From: Deltaproteobacteria bacterium
GTDB lineage: Bacteria; Myxococcota_A; Polyangia; Fen-1088
Direction of reading: 5' to 3'
DNA: 64,000 bases
Assembly: GCA_033763315.1 (NCBI GenBank)
Contig: JANRKS010000040.1
Location: 96,001 to 160,000, forward strand
The notes below the pieces were generated by a model. The model did no database searches. It was not told where the DNA came from and was given only the letters and a program-made list of their open reading frames with translations. The position numbers and the translations under genes were made by a program. The first letter of the stretch is position 1. Each line of letters starts with the position of its first letter. This document shows positions 18,981 to 27,983 of the stretch, piece by piece.

Positions 18981-19607
18981 TTAAAGCCACCCGCGTTCTA
19001 TGGCATGCCTCGTGACGTCCGCGGCGTTGCTGGCCCCTAGCTTCTTCATCACATGCAAACGATGGTTGCCTACCGTCTTGACGCTCAACTGCAGCTCAGA
19101 AGCAATCGCCTTGCTGCTTTTGCCCCGAGCGATCATCATCGCGACCTGCTTCTCGCGCACCGTGAGCTCATCCCCGGCGGGCCCATGAGTTGTCAAGCGC
19201 AGCAACCGCAGCGACGTTGGGCAATAGTAGGCGCCCCCACGAGCCACAGTTTCTACGGCCGTCTGCAGGTCCGCCAACGACACACCCTTCATAACGATGC
19301 CGTGAACGCCAAGCTGTGACGCTTGTTGCGTAACCTCCAAACGCTCACTCGCCGTTAGCACCAACACGCGTGTGTGAGGCAGTTTGTTTTTCAAGCGCGC
19401 CACGACGTCTAGGCCACTGCCATCGGGCAGCACCACATCCACAACCAACAACGCTGGGGCGAGTGCAGGCAGTTCTGCGACGGCCGCCGCAGCCGTCGAG
19501 AACTCACCAACGATCTGTGCGCCCAGCTTGGTGACAAGGATCTGGGCCAGCATCTCGCGGAAGATCGTCTGATCGTCCACAAGGGCTATGCGTAGAGGTG
19601 CGGGCAA
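18981..19607 (-). CDS. NarL/LuxR family response regulator
   Basis: LVDDQ, VDVVLPDGSG, LTVREKQV...SVKTVGNHR HTH. Start uncertain (TTG at 19607). Confidence 0.92.
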   Translation of the reverse strand: MPAPLRIALVDDQTIFREMLAQILVTKLGAQIVGEFSTAAAAVAELPALAPALLVVDVVLPDGSGLDVVARLKNKLPHTRVLVLTASERLEVTQQASQLGVHGIVMKGVSLADLQTAVETVARGGAYYCPTSLRLLRLTTHGPAGDELTVREKQVAMMIARGKSSKAIASELQLSVKTVGNHRLHVMKKLGASNAADVTRHAIERGWL

Positions 19608-19634
19608 AGGTGAATCCGAGGAAATGAAAGCTTC

Positions 19635-19673
19635 TAGGGTACAAAACCCGGCCGACCTGGGGTGTATTCCCCA
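19635..19673. promoter_or_regulatory. Two palindromic boxes in the divergent promoter region
   Basis: TAGGGTACAAAACCCG (19635-19650) and TGGGGTGTATTCCCCA (19658-19673). Confidence 0.4.
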
Positions 19674-19725
19674 TACCGACCGCAGGGCGTCACCGTCAGA
19701 GTTTACTGAAACCAAGGAGGATCAT

Positions 19726-20133
19726 ATGAACACTCTCAAAGTCGCTGTCCTGACGCTGGCCCTACCCCTTTTGGGCGCGAACACCGCCGCCGCCGCGATG
19801 ACCTGCGGTACAAGCGACGCCCTCCAAGGCGTTACCCACGTGAAACCCCTACAGGAAACCTTTAACGTCGGCAAGGCGGAGCTCACTCGTCGCGCGGGCG
19901 CGCGGCTTTTCATTCCTGCCGAGGCTGGAATGTCGGTGCCATACTTGCAGCGCCAGCTGAACTGCCGCGTGCAAACGGCCGGTGGCGGGCAAAACGATCC
20001 GTTGTCCGTACCGAAGGTCAAAGCCACCGTCTCCGCGGCTGGTGAATACTTTGTTGTTGATCTGCGGGCGTCCACATTGGCCGATGCAAAAGAAGTGCAA
20101 CGCCGGTCAGAGCTGTTGTTGCAGGGCAAGTGA
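19726..20133 (+). CDS. Small secreted hypothetical protein
   Basis: AAGGAGG RBS, MNTLKVAVLTLALPLLGANTAAA signal peptide, two Cys. Confidence 0.8.
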   Translation: MNTLKVAVLTLALPLLGANTAAAAMTCGTSDALQGVTHVKPLQETFNVGKAELTRRAGARLFIPAEAGMSVPYLQRQLNCRVQTAGGGQNDPLSVPKVKATVSAAGEYFVVDLRASTLADAKEVQRRSELLLQGK

Positions 20134-20144
20134 GGTAGCGCTGG

Positions 20145-21059
20145 TCACATCCTGTCATCGGTGCCGTCATCTGATGCGGTTCCGATGATGGGATTGGCGC
20201 TTGTGGGCAACATGGCGGCCTCGATGGGCCGCATGTCATTGTCGAAGCCTCGGAAGGCAACGGTGCGTGCCCCACGCAGCTGAGCGAGATCGTAAAGCTG
20301 GTTGTAGGCCGTAAACACGGCGGGGATCTGACGCAAGCGTTCCAACGCTCGTCCTACAGCCAGCAAGTATTGTGATTTGGCCTCTGCAACGAGCGTGGCC
20401 ACACGTTTGGAAGTCTCGGCCTCCAACGCCGCAGCATCCAAGCGCCCCTTTTCGACAACAACCGCGCGGGCTCGTTCCAAGCGCGTGGCCACTGTGCCGA
20501 AGACTTGACGTGAAACCTCTGGCAAGAGCGACACGTGGCGGATGAACACGCGTTCCACTTTCACGCCCCAACGCAACGTTTCACCAGATACGTCTCGCTC
20601 CAGCAGAGCCCCAAGTTCGCTGCGATCGTCAAGGATCTGTTGAAAGTCGCGGCTCCCGAGAATCGACATCGCCGCGTGAACCACCAAGTTTTGCGTGGCC
20701 TGATCCCAGTCTTCCACCGCGAACAACGCCTTCTCAGCGTCCACCACGCGGACCTCAACCCACAAATCCGCCACCACCGTCGTTCCGCGCGCATCGTTGA
20801 TGTGCAGGTCGTGGATAATGCGAAAATCCAAGGCCCGCGATACGTGATGCACCTTCACCCACGGCAACCATTTGCCCGGCAGCACGTGCAGCCCAGGTTT
20901 TTCTAGCTTGGCGACGATTCTGCCAAAGCTCGTGACCAAAGCCACGTGCTCATCTTCGACAGCCACACCGAAGCCCCGGGCGATACGACCCAAAACAGAC
21001 AAGCCAGCGGCACCCGCGGCCGCCCCGCCAAACAACATCAACCAATCCTGGGCGTTCAC
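20145..21059 (-). CDS. SPFH/band-7 domain protein
   Basis: N-terminal TM, LVTSFGR...KPGLH, WGVKVERVFI, coiled-coil tail. Start overlaps the upstream stop (GTGA). Confidence 0.9.
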   Translation of the reverse strand: MNAQDWLMLFGGAAAGAAGLSVLGRIARGFGVAVEDEHVALVTSFGRIVAKLEKPGLHVLPGKWLPWVKVHHVSRALDFRIIHDLHINDARGTTVVADLWVEVRVVDAEKALFAVEDWDQATQNLVVHAAMSILGSRDFQQILDDRSELGALLERDVSGETLRWGVKVERVFIRHVSLLPEVSRQVFGTVATRLERARAVVVEKGRLDAAALEAETSKRVATLVAEAKSQYLLAVGRALERLRQIPAVFTAYNQLYDLAQLRGARTVAFRGFDNDMRPIEAAMLPTSANPIIGTASDDGTDDRM

Positions 21060-21934
21060 AGCGTTTTTCCTTCGTTTAGGTACATGGTGCGTGACTCAGA
21101 AAGCACCTCGGCCTTCCTGCGTTCAACGTAATCGCGCAGCACTCCGGCTTCGTGCAGAACTGCCAGATTTCGCCCCAGCTCCTGTATTTCATTCTCAACC
21201 GCCGCAGCTTTGGCGCGGGCAATCTCCACGCCGCGGTTGGCGGCCATCAGCTTCTGCGCGCATTCACCTTCCGCACGAAACCGCAAGCCATCCGCTTCGG
21301 CCCGCGCGCTCATGACGGCATTCAAAGCGTCAGCCATCTCTTCGGGAGGATGGATGTCGGTGATGTCCACGGCCTCGAAGTGCACGCCGTACCGATCGCC
21401 CAGTTCAGCCTTGGCGAAGTCACCGATGCGTTTGTTAAGCAGTTGCCGATCTCGACGCACCAGACCGAACGATCCGCCCACATCGTCTTCAATCGTTGTG
21501 ATGTCGGTGGTGTGAGGAGGCGATTTCACGTTCGCAATCTCGTTGCGCAGGAGGCTCGAAAACAAGCCCGCCACGTGTTCCTTGCGATGGACAAGCCCGA
21601 ACAGATACTTCGCGATGCCGTCGCGTTGAGGAGCGTAGCGAAGCATTGACTGGAGACGAATCACCGTTCCGTCGGCCAACATCATCGGTTCTGCGCCGTG
21701 TTGACCGCCCAAGGTCACGAGCTGTTCACGCAGCGAAACCACACGCACCTCGTCGAATGACCATTTGAGGTGAGCGCCAGGACCAAACAGCCGTAGGCTG
21801 CCGTCAGGATTGTGCAACGCTGCCCCAAAACGCAGCACGACCGCGGCGCAGCCTTCTTCCACCCGAAAGCCGCAATCCTTCGCCATCCAAGCCACAAACA
21901 AGCCAACACCCAGCACGATCCCTAAGATAAACAT
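21056..21934 (-). CDS. SPFH/band-7 domain protein
   Basis: N-terminal TM, AVVLRFG...GPGAH, YGVHFEAVDITDIHPP, Ala/Glu coiled coil. Confidence 0.9.
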   Translation of the reverse strand: MFILGIVLGVGLFVAWMAKDCGFRVEEGCAAVVLRFGAALHNPDGSLRLFGPGAHLKWSFDEVRVVSLREQLVTLGGQHGAEPMMLADGTVIRLQSMLRYAPQRDGIAKYLFGLVHRKEHVAGLFSSLLRNEIANVKSPPHTTDITTIEDDVGGSFGLVRRDRQLLNKRIGDFAKAELGDRYGVHFEAVDITDIHPPEEMADALNAVMSARAEADGLRFRAEGECAQKLMAANRGVEIARAKAAAVENEIQELGRNLAVLHEAGVLRDYVERRKAEVLSESRTMYLNEGKTL

Positions 21935-21958
21935 TCTCGTCGATCCTTTCGCAGACGG

Positions 21959-24085
21959 TCAAAAACGTTCGACAGACGCGCGCGCCCACGCCTCGCCCCA
22001 AACCGGCGGTTCGTCAATGGCGGTGGTTAACCGTGGCGTGGTGTGGCCCGCTTGCACCATGCGTCGATAAGCCGCCGCCAGGCCTCGATTCACATCAACC
22101 ACGTCTTCGTTGAAATGTTGATGTGCCATCGTCACGGGCGGCAAGGCATCAGCTTTCGCCTGTGTGTCTATGATGCTTCCGTGAGGCACAAAACGATTGT
22201 CCGGGACCTCAACACCCACGACGACGGCCCCAATGCCTATGGAACAATGGCTGCCCACAACAGCGTCGTGCACAACCGCTTTGAACCCAATGAAAGTGTC
22301 GTCGCCCACATACGAAGGCCCATGAACAAGCGCATCGTGGGCCATAGAAACATTGCGGCCCACGTACACAGCCCAGCGTTCGCCGCCGACGATCACGTGC
22401 TTCTGCTTCAAGGCGTGAATCACCACGCCGTCTTGAATGTTTGAATTGGGCCCAATGAAGAAGGGGGCGCCCTCATCGGCACGGACCGAACTGCCCGCGG
22501 CCACGTGAACGTTATCGCTCAAGATCACTTGCCCAATGACTGTGGCTTGTGGATGTACGAAGGCGGTTGCAGGAATGAAGGGCTGGCTCCTTACGTGCGC
22601 GATCCACTCGCTGGCGCTGCCGGTGGTGTCCGCTCGCAGTTTGCGCGCACCCGCACGCTCAACAGGAAGCACCGCCCTGATGCCGGGAGGGTGAGGTGAA
22701 GTCATCGCCTCTAGGGCAGCTTTGGCGTCCTTGCGGTGGAACAGCAGATAGTCGAGCGCGGAAATCACGAGGCCTGCCACGAGGCCCAGCATCAGATGAC
22801 CCGTGACGGTGCCAGCGGCGGTGACCAAGAAGGCCAAGGCCTGCAGCTTCGCCGTTCGCACCAAGTGAACCAGGGTGGGCACATCCACCAGCCGCACACC
22901 GATGACGCACAGAAGGCCCGCCAGAGCCGCCAGTGGCACCCGTGCGATCAGCGAACCCATCAGTAAAACCGCGGCGCCCAAGAACACCGCGTGCAACATG
23001 GTGGCCACCTTGGTGCGAGCACCGCTCTGCACGTTCACGCCACTGCGAACAACAACACCGGAAACGGGCATCCCCGTAAACAGCCCTGAAGCAATGTTCG
23101 CCAACCCCTGTCCTAGCAACTCCAAACTCGGGTGGTGAGGGCGGATTACGTTCTTACCTTGCATGCGGTCCACCGCGCGCGCGGCAAGCAGCGACTCTGC
23201 GGACGCCAGAAAAGCGATAGGCAAAGTTGCCGTGATCAATTCAACGAGGCGCTCCGTGGGAACCAGCGGAAAGCGAAACGGTGGTAGTGAAGACGGCACA
23301 TCGCCCACGCGCGTGATGTCCCACCCGACGTAGTTCGCGATGAAGGTGACAAGGCCAGCGCCTACGATTGCCGCCGGAAAGCGTTTCCATCGCGACGTTC
23401 CAACGATCAACAAGGCCACCGCGAGGCCCGATACCACCGCCAGCCATTCAACTTTGTGCAACCAGTCTGGCTTGTGCAGCATCATCGCCAGCTCATAGAC
23501 GCGGTAGTCGAAACCCAGCAGTTCAGGAATTTGCTGGTCCAGCAGTTTGATGCCAACGCCCGTCGTGAACCCTGCGAGCACACTCTCAGGGACGTGCTTC
23601 ATCACGTGACCTGCGCGTGTGAACGCGAGCAAGAGCTGGAACGCCCCCACCATCACAGCCGCCAAAGCGACGCCCACCGGACCAAAACGCAAGGCCACGA
23701 CAGCCACGATGGATGACAACGCGGCCGCGGGGCCCGTGACCTGCAAAGGTGCGCCGCCCACGAATCCGGCCACGAAGCCGCCGATCGCCCCCGCCACTAA
23801 ACCGGCGGCGGGTGGCAAACCGCTGGCCACCGCCAACGCAAGATTAAGCGGCAAGGCCACGGCGGCCACCGTCAGTCCCGCCAAGACGTCTTGGGGTAGA
23901 CTTTTTTGCGCCACCACGTCTGCGAAAGAACCGGTGAAAGACCGATACATCGATCGCCAATCTTGGTACAGCGGCTCCCAGATCGTTCGCTCTTTCAGAA
24001 CCGGCCCTCGGCTAACCCGCCGGGGTTGAACAGGCGGATGATGACCCCGGGTCGCCTTGGGTGTATCGGTCGAACTTGGAATCAC
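21959..24085 (-). CDS. SulP/SLC26 anion transporter fused to a C-terminal CcmM/Cam-like gamma-carbonic anhydrase
   Basis: DVLAGLTVAAVALPL, GPAAAL, GFTTGVG, ELLGQGLAN, SGART SulP motifs; then VRADEG...NIQDGVVIHAL...AHDALVHGP hexapeptide beta-helix. No STAS domain visible. Confidence 0.92.
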   Translation of the reverse strand: MIPSSTDTPKATRGHHPPVQPRRVSRGPVLKERTIWEPLYQDWRSMYRSFTGSFADVVAQKSLPQDVLAGLTVAAVALPLNLALAVASGLPPAAGLVAGAIGGFVAGFVGGAPLQVTGPAAALSSIVAVVALRFGPVGVALAAVMVGAFQLLLAFTRAGHVMKHVPESVLAGFTTGVGIKLLDQQIPELLGFDYRVYELAMMLHKPDWLHKVEWLAVVSGLAVALLIVGTSRWKRFPAAIVGAGLVTFIANYVGWDITRVGDVPSSLPPFRFPLVPTERLVELITATLPIAFLASAESLLAARAVDRMQGKNVIRPHHPSLELLGQGLANIASGLFTGMPVSGVVVRSGVNVQSGARTKVATMLHAVFLGAAVLLMGSLIARVPLAALAGLLCVIGVRLVDVPTLVHLVRTAKLQALAFLVTAAGTVTGHLMLGLVAGLVISALDYLLFHRKDAKAALEAMTSPHPPGIRAVLPVERAGARKLRADTTGSASEWIAHVRSQPFIPATAFVHPQATVIGQVILSDNVHVAAGSSVRADEGAPFFIGPNSNIQDGVVIHALKQKHVIVGGERWAVYVGRNVSMAHDALVHGPSYVGDDTFIGFKAVVHDAVVGSHCSIGIGAVVVGVEVPDNRFVPHGSIIDTQAKADALPPVTMAHQHFNEDVVDVNRGLAAAYRRMVQAGHTTPRLTTAIDEPPVWGEAWARASVERF

Positions 24086-24179
24086 GGTCGCCGCAGCTTA
24101 TGCGGGTAGAGAGCAAATTACCAGCGTTCCTCTCGCGCCTTTTAAGAACAGTCCACGCGACACCCGGCCCAAGGCCGAA

Positions 24180-24216
24180 TAAGGCAAAGGGCGCAGCACC
24201 TATGTGCCGCGCCCTT
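24180..24216 (-). terminator. Probable intrinsic terminator after the Cys-rich gene
   Basis: Minus strand AAGGGCGCGGCAC-ATAG-GTGCTGCGCCCTT followed by TGCCTTATT. Confidence 0.6.
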
Positions 24217-24237
24217 ACTTTTCAAAGCATCGTCTTC

Positions 24238-25656
24238 CTATCGGCAGGTTTGCGTGACGTTAGCCGCATCGGATCCAACGCAGCCCACGTTGGCCAACCA
24301 CGAACAGGTTCTGTACGTGCCCTTTTGCCCGCATTGCGGCACCTTGGTGATCCATCCCGAGCGGAATGAGCACAACAACCTCGACGCGGCACCAACGCAG
24401 GTGGCAGACGCCAACGATGAATCGAACGGCTCCTCCACTTTGTTGCAGTTGTAATCGAACGAGCCCGAGCCCACCAAACAGAGGTTCAAATTATTGGGGC
24501 AGTAGGCAGTCGGGAAAAACGCGGTTTGAGCGGGGTTGGCGGAAGCCGCGCGCGGACCACAATCGATCGTATCCACAGCCACGGGCTTGGTGCGCGTGTA
24601 ACCCGCGGGGCAAACACCGCTCGCCGTGATGGCACCTGTCACCGATGAGGCGTAGCCGTCCTTGTCGGTGTCAACGTAGCATTCGCAAGACGGCGCCACA
24701 GTGTCCGACGTAGCGGTCGAACAATCGTTGTCCTTGCCGTCTTTGCACTCAAACGCGCCCGGGAAGACAGCCGGATCCGCGTCGTTGCAGTCAACGTTGC
24801 ACGCCTTTCCGTCTTTATCGCCGTCGCCATAACTGCAGGCGCCCGTGGCGGGATCGCACATGCCCGACATTGTGCAAGTCGCCGCCGTACACACCACCGC
24901 CGTACCGGCAGCACACTTGTGCGTGTTGGTGTCGCAAGTCTCGTCGCCGTTGCACTTGTTGCCGTCGTTGCAGTCGGCGCTGGCAGCACAAGTGAATTTA
25001 CATTCACGGGTGCAACCGTCGTCATCATTGGCGTTGCCGTCGTCGCACTGTTCACCGGCATCCACCGCACTGTTGCCACAGCTGGCGGTCACGCATGCGT
25101 TGTTGCTGCACTTGCCTGCGGCACCACCTGGCAACATGCACGCTGAGCCCGCGGTCGCTGGGGTGCCGGCTTTACAAACGGGTTTCAGAGGCATCGTCTT
25201 GTCGCAAGTCTCAACGCCTGTGCAAGCATTGCCATCGCTGCAATCAGAATCTGCCTTGCAATCAAACCGACAGGATGAGCAGCCATCGCCAGTAACTTCG
25301 TTGCCGTCTTCGCAGTCTTCGCCTTGAGCCACGTCAACGTAGCCATCGCCGCAGCTGGAAGCGACACAGATCTTCTGCAAACACACACTGCCAGCGGCAC
25401 ACACGGTGCCATCGGCCTTGTCCGTGCATTCGACTTCAAGGATGGCGTCTTGCTGTGTGTCCCCTGAAGCTAGAGCGTCACTGCCGCTGTCCAACAAGGT
25501 GACCGTGCCATCAGTGGTGGACCCGTCAGGAGAAACAGCGCCATCAACATTGTTATCGTCGTCCGAGCCACAGGCGCCTATGACGAAAAGGCTGAGGACT
25601 GCAAGACCGCTTAAACCTAAAGGCAACCAAGTTTGTCGACTGCTTGACGTACGCAT
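24238..25656 (-). CDS. Myxobacterial cysteine-rich repeat lipoprotein
   Basis: GGAGG RBS, IGACG lipobox, CGDG..EDCEDGN..GDGC repeats, DCNDADPAVFPGA metal-binding-type repeat. Confidence 0.88.
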   Translation of the reverse strand: MRTSSSRQTWLPLGLSGLAVLSLFVIGACGSDDDNNVDGAVSPDGSTTDGTVTLLDSGSDALASGDTQQDAILEVECTDKADGTVCAAGSVCLQKICVASSCGDGYVDVAQGEDCEDGNEVTGDGCSSCRFDCKADSDCSDGNACTGVETCDKTMPLKPVCKAGTPATAGSACMLPGGAAGKCSNNACVTASCGNSAVDAGEQCDDGNANDDDGCTRECKFTCAASADCNDGNKCNGDETCDTNTHKCAAGTAVVCTAATCTMSGMCDPATGACSYGDGDKDGKACNVDCNDADPAVFPGAFECKDGKDNDCSTATSDTVAPSCECYVDTDKDGYASSVTGAITASGVCPAGYTRTKPVAVDTIDCGPRAASANPAQTAFFPTAYCPNNLNLCLVGSGSFDYNCNKVEEPFDSSLASATCVGAASRLLCSFRSGWITKVPQCGQKGTYRTCSWLANVGCVGSDAANVTQTCR

Positions 25657-25837
25657 CGTTCCTCCACAACAGAAGTTAGGGCCTGACCGGCGCCGAAATT
25701 TGGCGCGCCTCATCGTACGCTCAGAATGGCCATCAATAAAGCGGATGGATGCGAAAGAGCGGCACACGTACACGCACATCGCCCACAAGGCAAGGCTTCA
25801 GTCGCCCGAGACTGCCCACGGCCGGGTGAAACGTTCT

Positions 25838-26062
25838 TTAGTGTTTCGCCGAAGGAGGCGCCCCTTGGGGGCGCGTCCTCGGCTCCAGCGCGTTGTGATG
25901 AATGCTGCCGTAGGGGTATGTGGTTTTGAGCGCCTGCATCCTGCGGTTGAAGCCCGTGATCATGCGGCGAGGCGTGGGCGGCTCGCCCGTCGCGATAGAA
26001 AACACCAACATCCCCAGCAGCACCAAAGCAACCACTCCACCCAACAATAAGATAACCAACAT
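25838..26062 (-). CDS. Small single-TM hypothetical protein
   Basis: MLVILLLGGVVALVLLGMLVFSIATG hydrophobic start; fills an intergenic gap. Confidence 0.45.
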   Translation of the reverse strand: MLVILLLGGVVALVLLGMLVFSIATGEPPTPRRMITGFNRRMQALKTTYPYGSIHHNALEPRTRPQGAPPSAKH

Positions 26063-26213
26063 AACGCCATCCTTTTCCCCGCGGATACCCAGCCCCACCG
26101 TAACCACGCGCGGACGCTGGTTACGGCACTCCACCGCCAACGGTAACAATGAGAGCCGCCAAAGCTAAGCCGGAGCTAAGCTTCGCACTCTCAACCGCTC
26201 ACTGGAGCAAACC

Positions 26214-27908
26214 CTAGACCACCGTCACAGGCGCGAGCGCTTGCAGCCGCTCCCAAGCGCGCGCCAACACCGACTGCAGATCATCAAGTGAGAACGGCTT
26301 GCTGAGAAAATCGTTCATGCCTGCGTCAATGCAGGCTTGCCGATCTTCGCTGCGCGCGTTCGCAGTCAAGGCCACAACTTGCGTGGGCCGCGATTGACCT
26401 TCACGTTGGCGCAAAAGCCTGGTGGCCTGCATGCCATCAAGAACCGGCATCTGCACATCCATGAACACAACGTCGTAGGATTGCGCCTCCAAAGCACGCA
26501 AGGCTGCGGCGCCATCGTCGACGGCACGCGACGAATGCCCAAGCTTTTCCAAAAACAGCATCGCCAGGCGTTGGTTCACCGCATTGTCTTCCGCCACCAG
26601 GACGCGCAGCGGTGGTAAGACCAGCGCGCCCACCCCTGGGTTGGTTGCGGTGGCCATCAGCTTTGGCACGGTGGCGGCCGCAAAGCTGAACCGGAACGTG
26701 GCACCTTGGCCAAGCGCGCTTTGCACGCTGATGTCGCCGCCCATGCGCCTCGCCAGCTGCTGGGCGATCGCCAGCCCCAAACCCGAGCCACCGAAGCGAC
26801 GCGTGGTTGAGCTATCGGCTTGAACGAATGGCTCGAAGATCACGGCCTGTTTCTCGATCGCAATGCCGACGCCCGTATCCCTCACAGTGATCACAAGTCC
26901 AGCGGCCTCTGTGAACGCGCGCACGCTCACGCTTCCAACCACCGTGAATTTCAGGGCATTGCCGATGAGATTCGAAATCACCTGGCGCACGCGCAACGGG
27001 TCGCCCAAAACGGTCGAAGGCACGTCAGCGCTGACATCAAGGCTCAAATTGATTCCGCGACGAATGGCATCGGGTTTGAACAGCGACAGCACATTTCCCA
27101 GTTCTTCAGTCGGTGAAAACGCCACACTTTCAAGTTCGAGCTGCCCTGATTCGATGCGGGACGCGTCCAGAAGATCGTTGAGGATGCGAAGTAGGTAGGA
27201 GCCAGACTGCTTGATGGTTTGTAGGTACTCCCGAACTGTCGCCGAGGTGGGCTCCATCAAGGCCAACTCAGTCATGCCCAGCACACCGTTCATGGGCGTT
27301 CGAATTTCATGGCTGATGTTGGCGAGAAATTGCGCTTTCGCCGACAAAGCCGCCACCGCGGCTTCACGGCTACGCTCCAAGGCACACATAGCGTCCGCGC
27401 GAACGATCGCCGATGCCACGTGCGCACCCAGCAGCTCAAGCAAGGCGATGTCTTCCTCAGAGAACGGAAGAGGCTGCAACCGCGAGGCGCCCAGGGCCCC
27501 CACGATCGTATCACCTGCGCGCAAAGGAACAGACACGGTGGCATGCAGGCCCATGTGCCGCAGAGGCTGAAGAATTGGCTCCGTGCAATCGGGATCCTGC
27601 AGATTGTTGACGAGCAAAATTTCTCCCCGCACGATCACGCGCTCGATGATTGGGTTTGAAGCGGGCGACGCGCGTTTCACAAAAACGTCGCGCGCGTCAC
27701 CCCTGACCACCCGCAGCACCAAGTCCTCGCCTTCCAAAGTGCCCACGGTCGCGCGATCTGCCAACAGGAGGGCTAAAATCGCCTCGGCCACGTGGGGCAG
27801 CATCTCGTCGATCGAGCTCGCACGACTGATCCGAACCCCAAAATCATTCAAGAGTCGCAGGGACTCATTCGTGGTGCGCAATTCGCCTTGTGGCGGGGCC
27901 GGGGGCAT
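26214..27908 (-). CDS. GAF-HisKA-HATPase-REC hybrid histidine kinase
   Basis: GAF (SVPLRAGDTIVGAL), SHEIRTPMNG, NALKFT, GSGLGL, EDNAVNQ, DVQMPVLDG. Confidence 0.95.
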   Translation of the reverse strand: MPPAPPQGELRTTNESLRLLNDFGVRISRASSIDEMLPHVAEAILALLLADRATVGTLEGEDLVLRVVRGDARDVFVKRASPASNPIIERVIVRGEILLVNNLQDPDCTEPILQPLRHMGLHATVSVPLRAGDTIVGALGASRLQPLPFSEEDIALLELLGAHVASAIVRADAMCALERSREAAVAALSAKAQFLANISHEIRTPMNGVLGMTELALMEPTSATVREYLQTIKQSGSYLLRILNDLLDASRIESGQLELESVAFSPTEELGNVLSLFKPDAIRRGINLSLDVSADVPSTVLGDPLRVRQVISNLIGNALKFTVVGSVSVRAFTEAAGLVITVRDTGVGIAIEKQAVIFEPFVQADSSTTRRFGGSGLGLAIAQQLARRMGGDISVQSALGQGATFRFSFAAATVPKLMATATNPGVGALVLPPLRVLVAEDNAVNQRLAMLFLEKLGHSSRAVDDGAAALRALEAQSYDVVFMDVQMPVLDGMQATRLLRQREGQSRPTQVVALTANARSEDRQACIDAGMNDFLSKPFSLDDLQSVLARAWERLQALAPVTVV

Positions 27909-27983
27909 GCCCGACGACGATAACCCAGAATCTGCGTACTTAAAACATGTGGCGCGCCCATCGCGTCCGCTTATGCTGCGGCC

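Noticed and set aside
21959-22590. CcmM-like domain as evidence of a carboxysome
   Set aside because: No RbcS-like repeats, shell proteins or Rubisco in the window. The domain is fused to a transporter.
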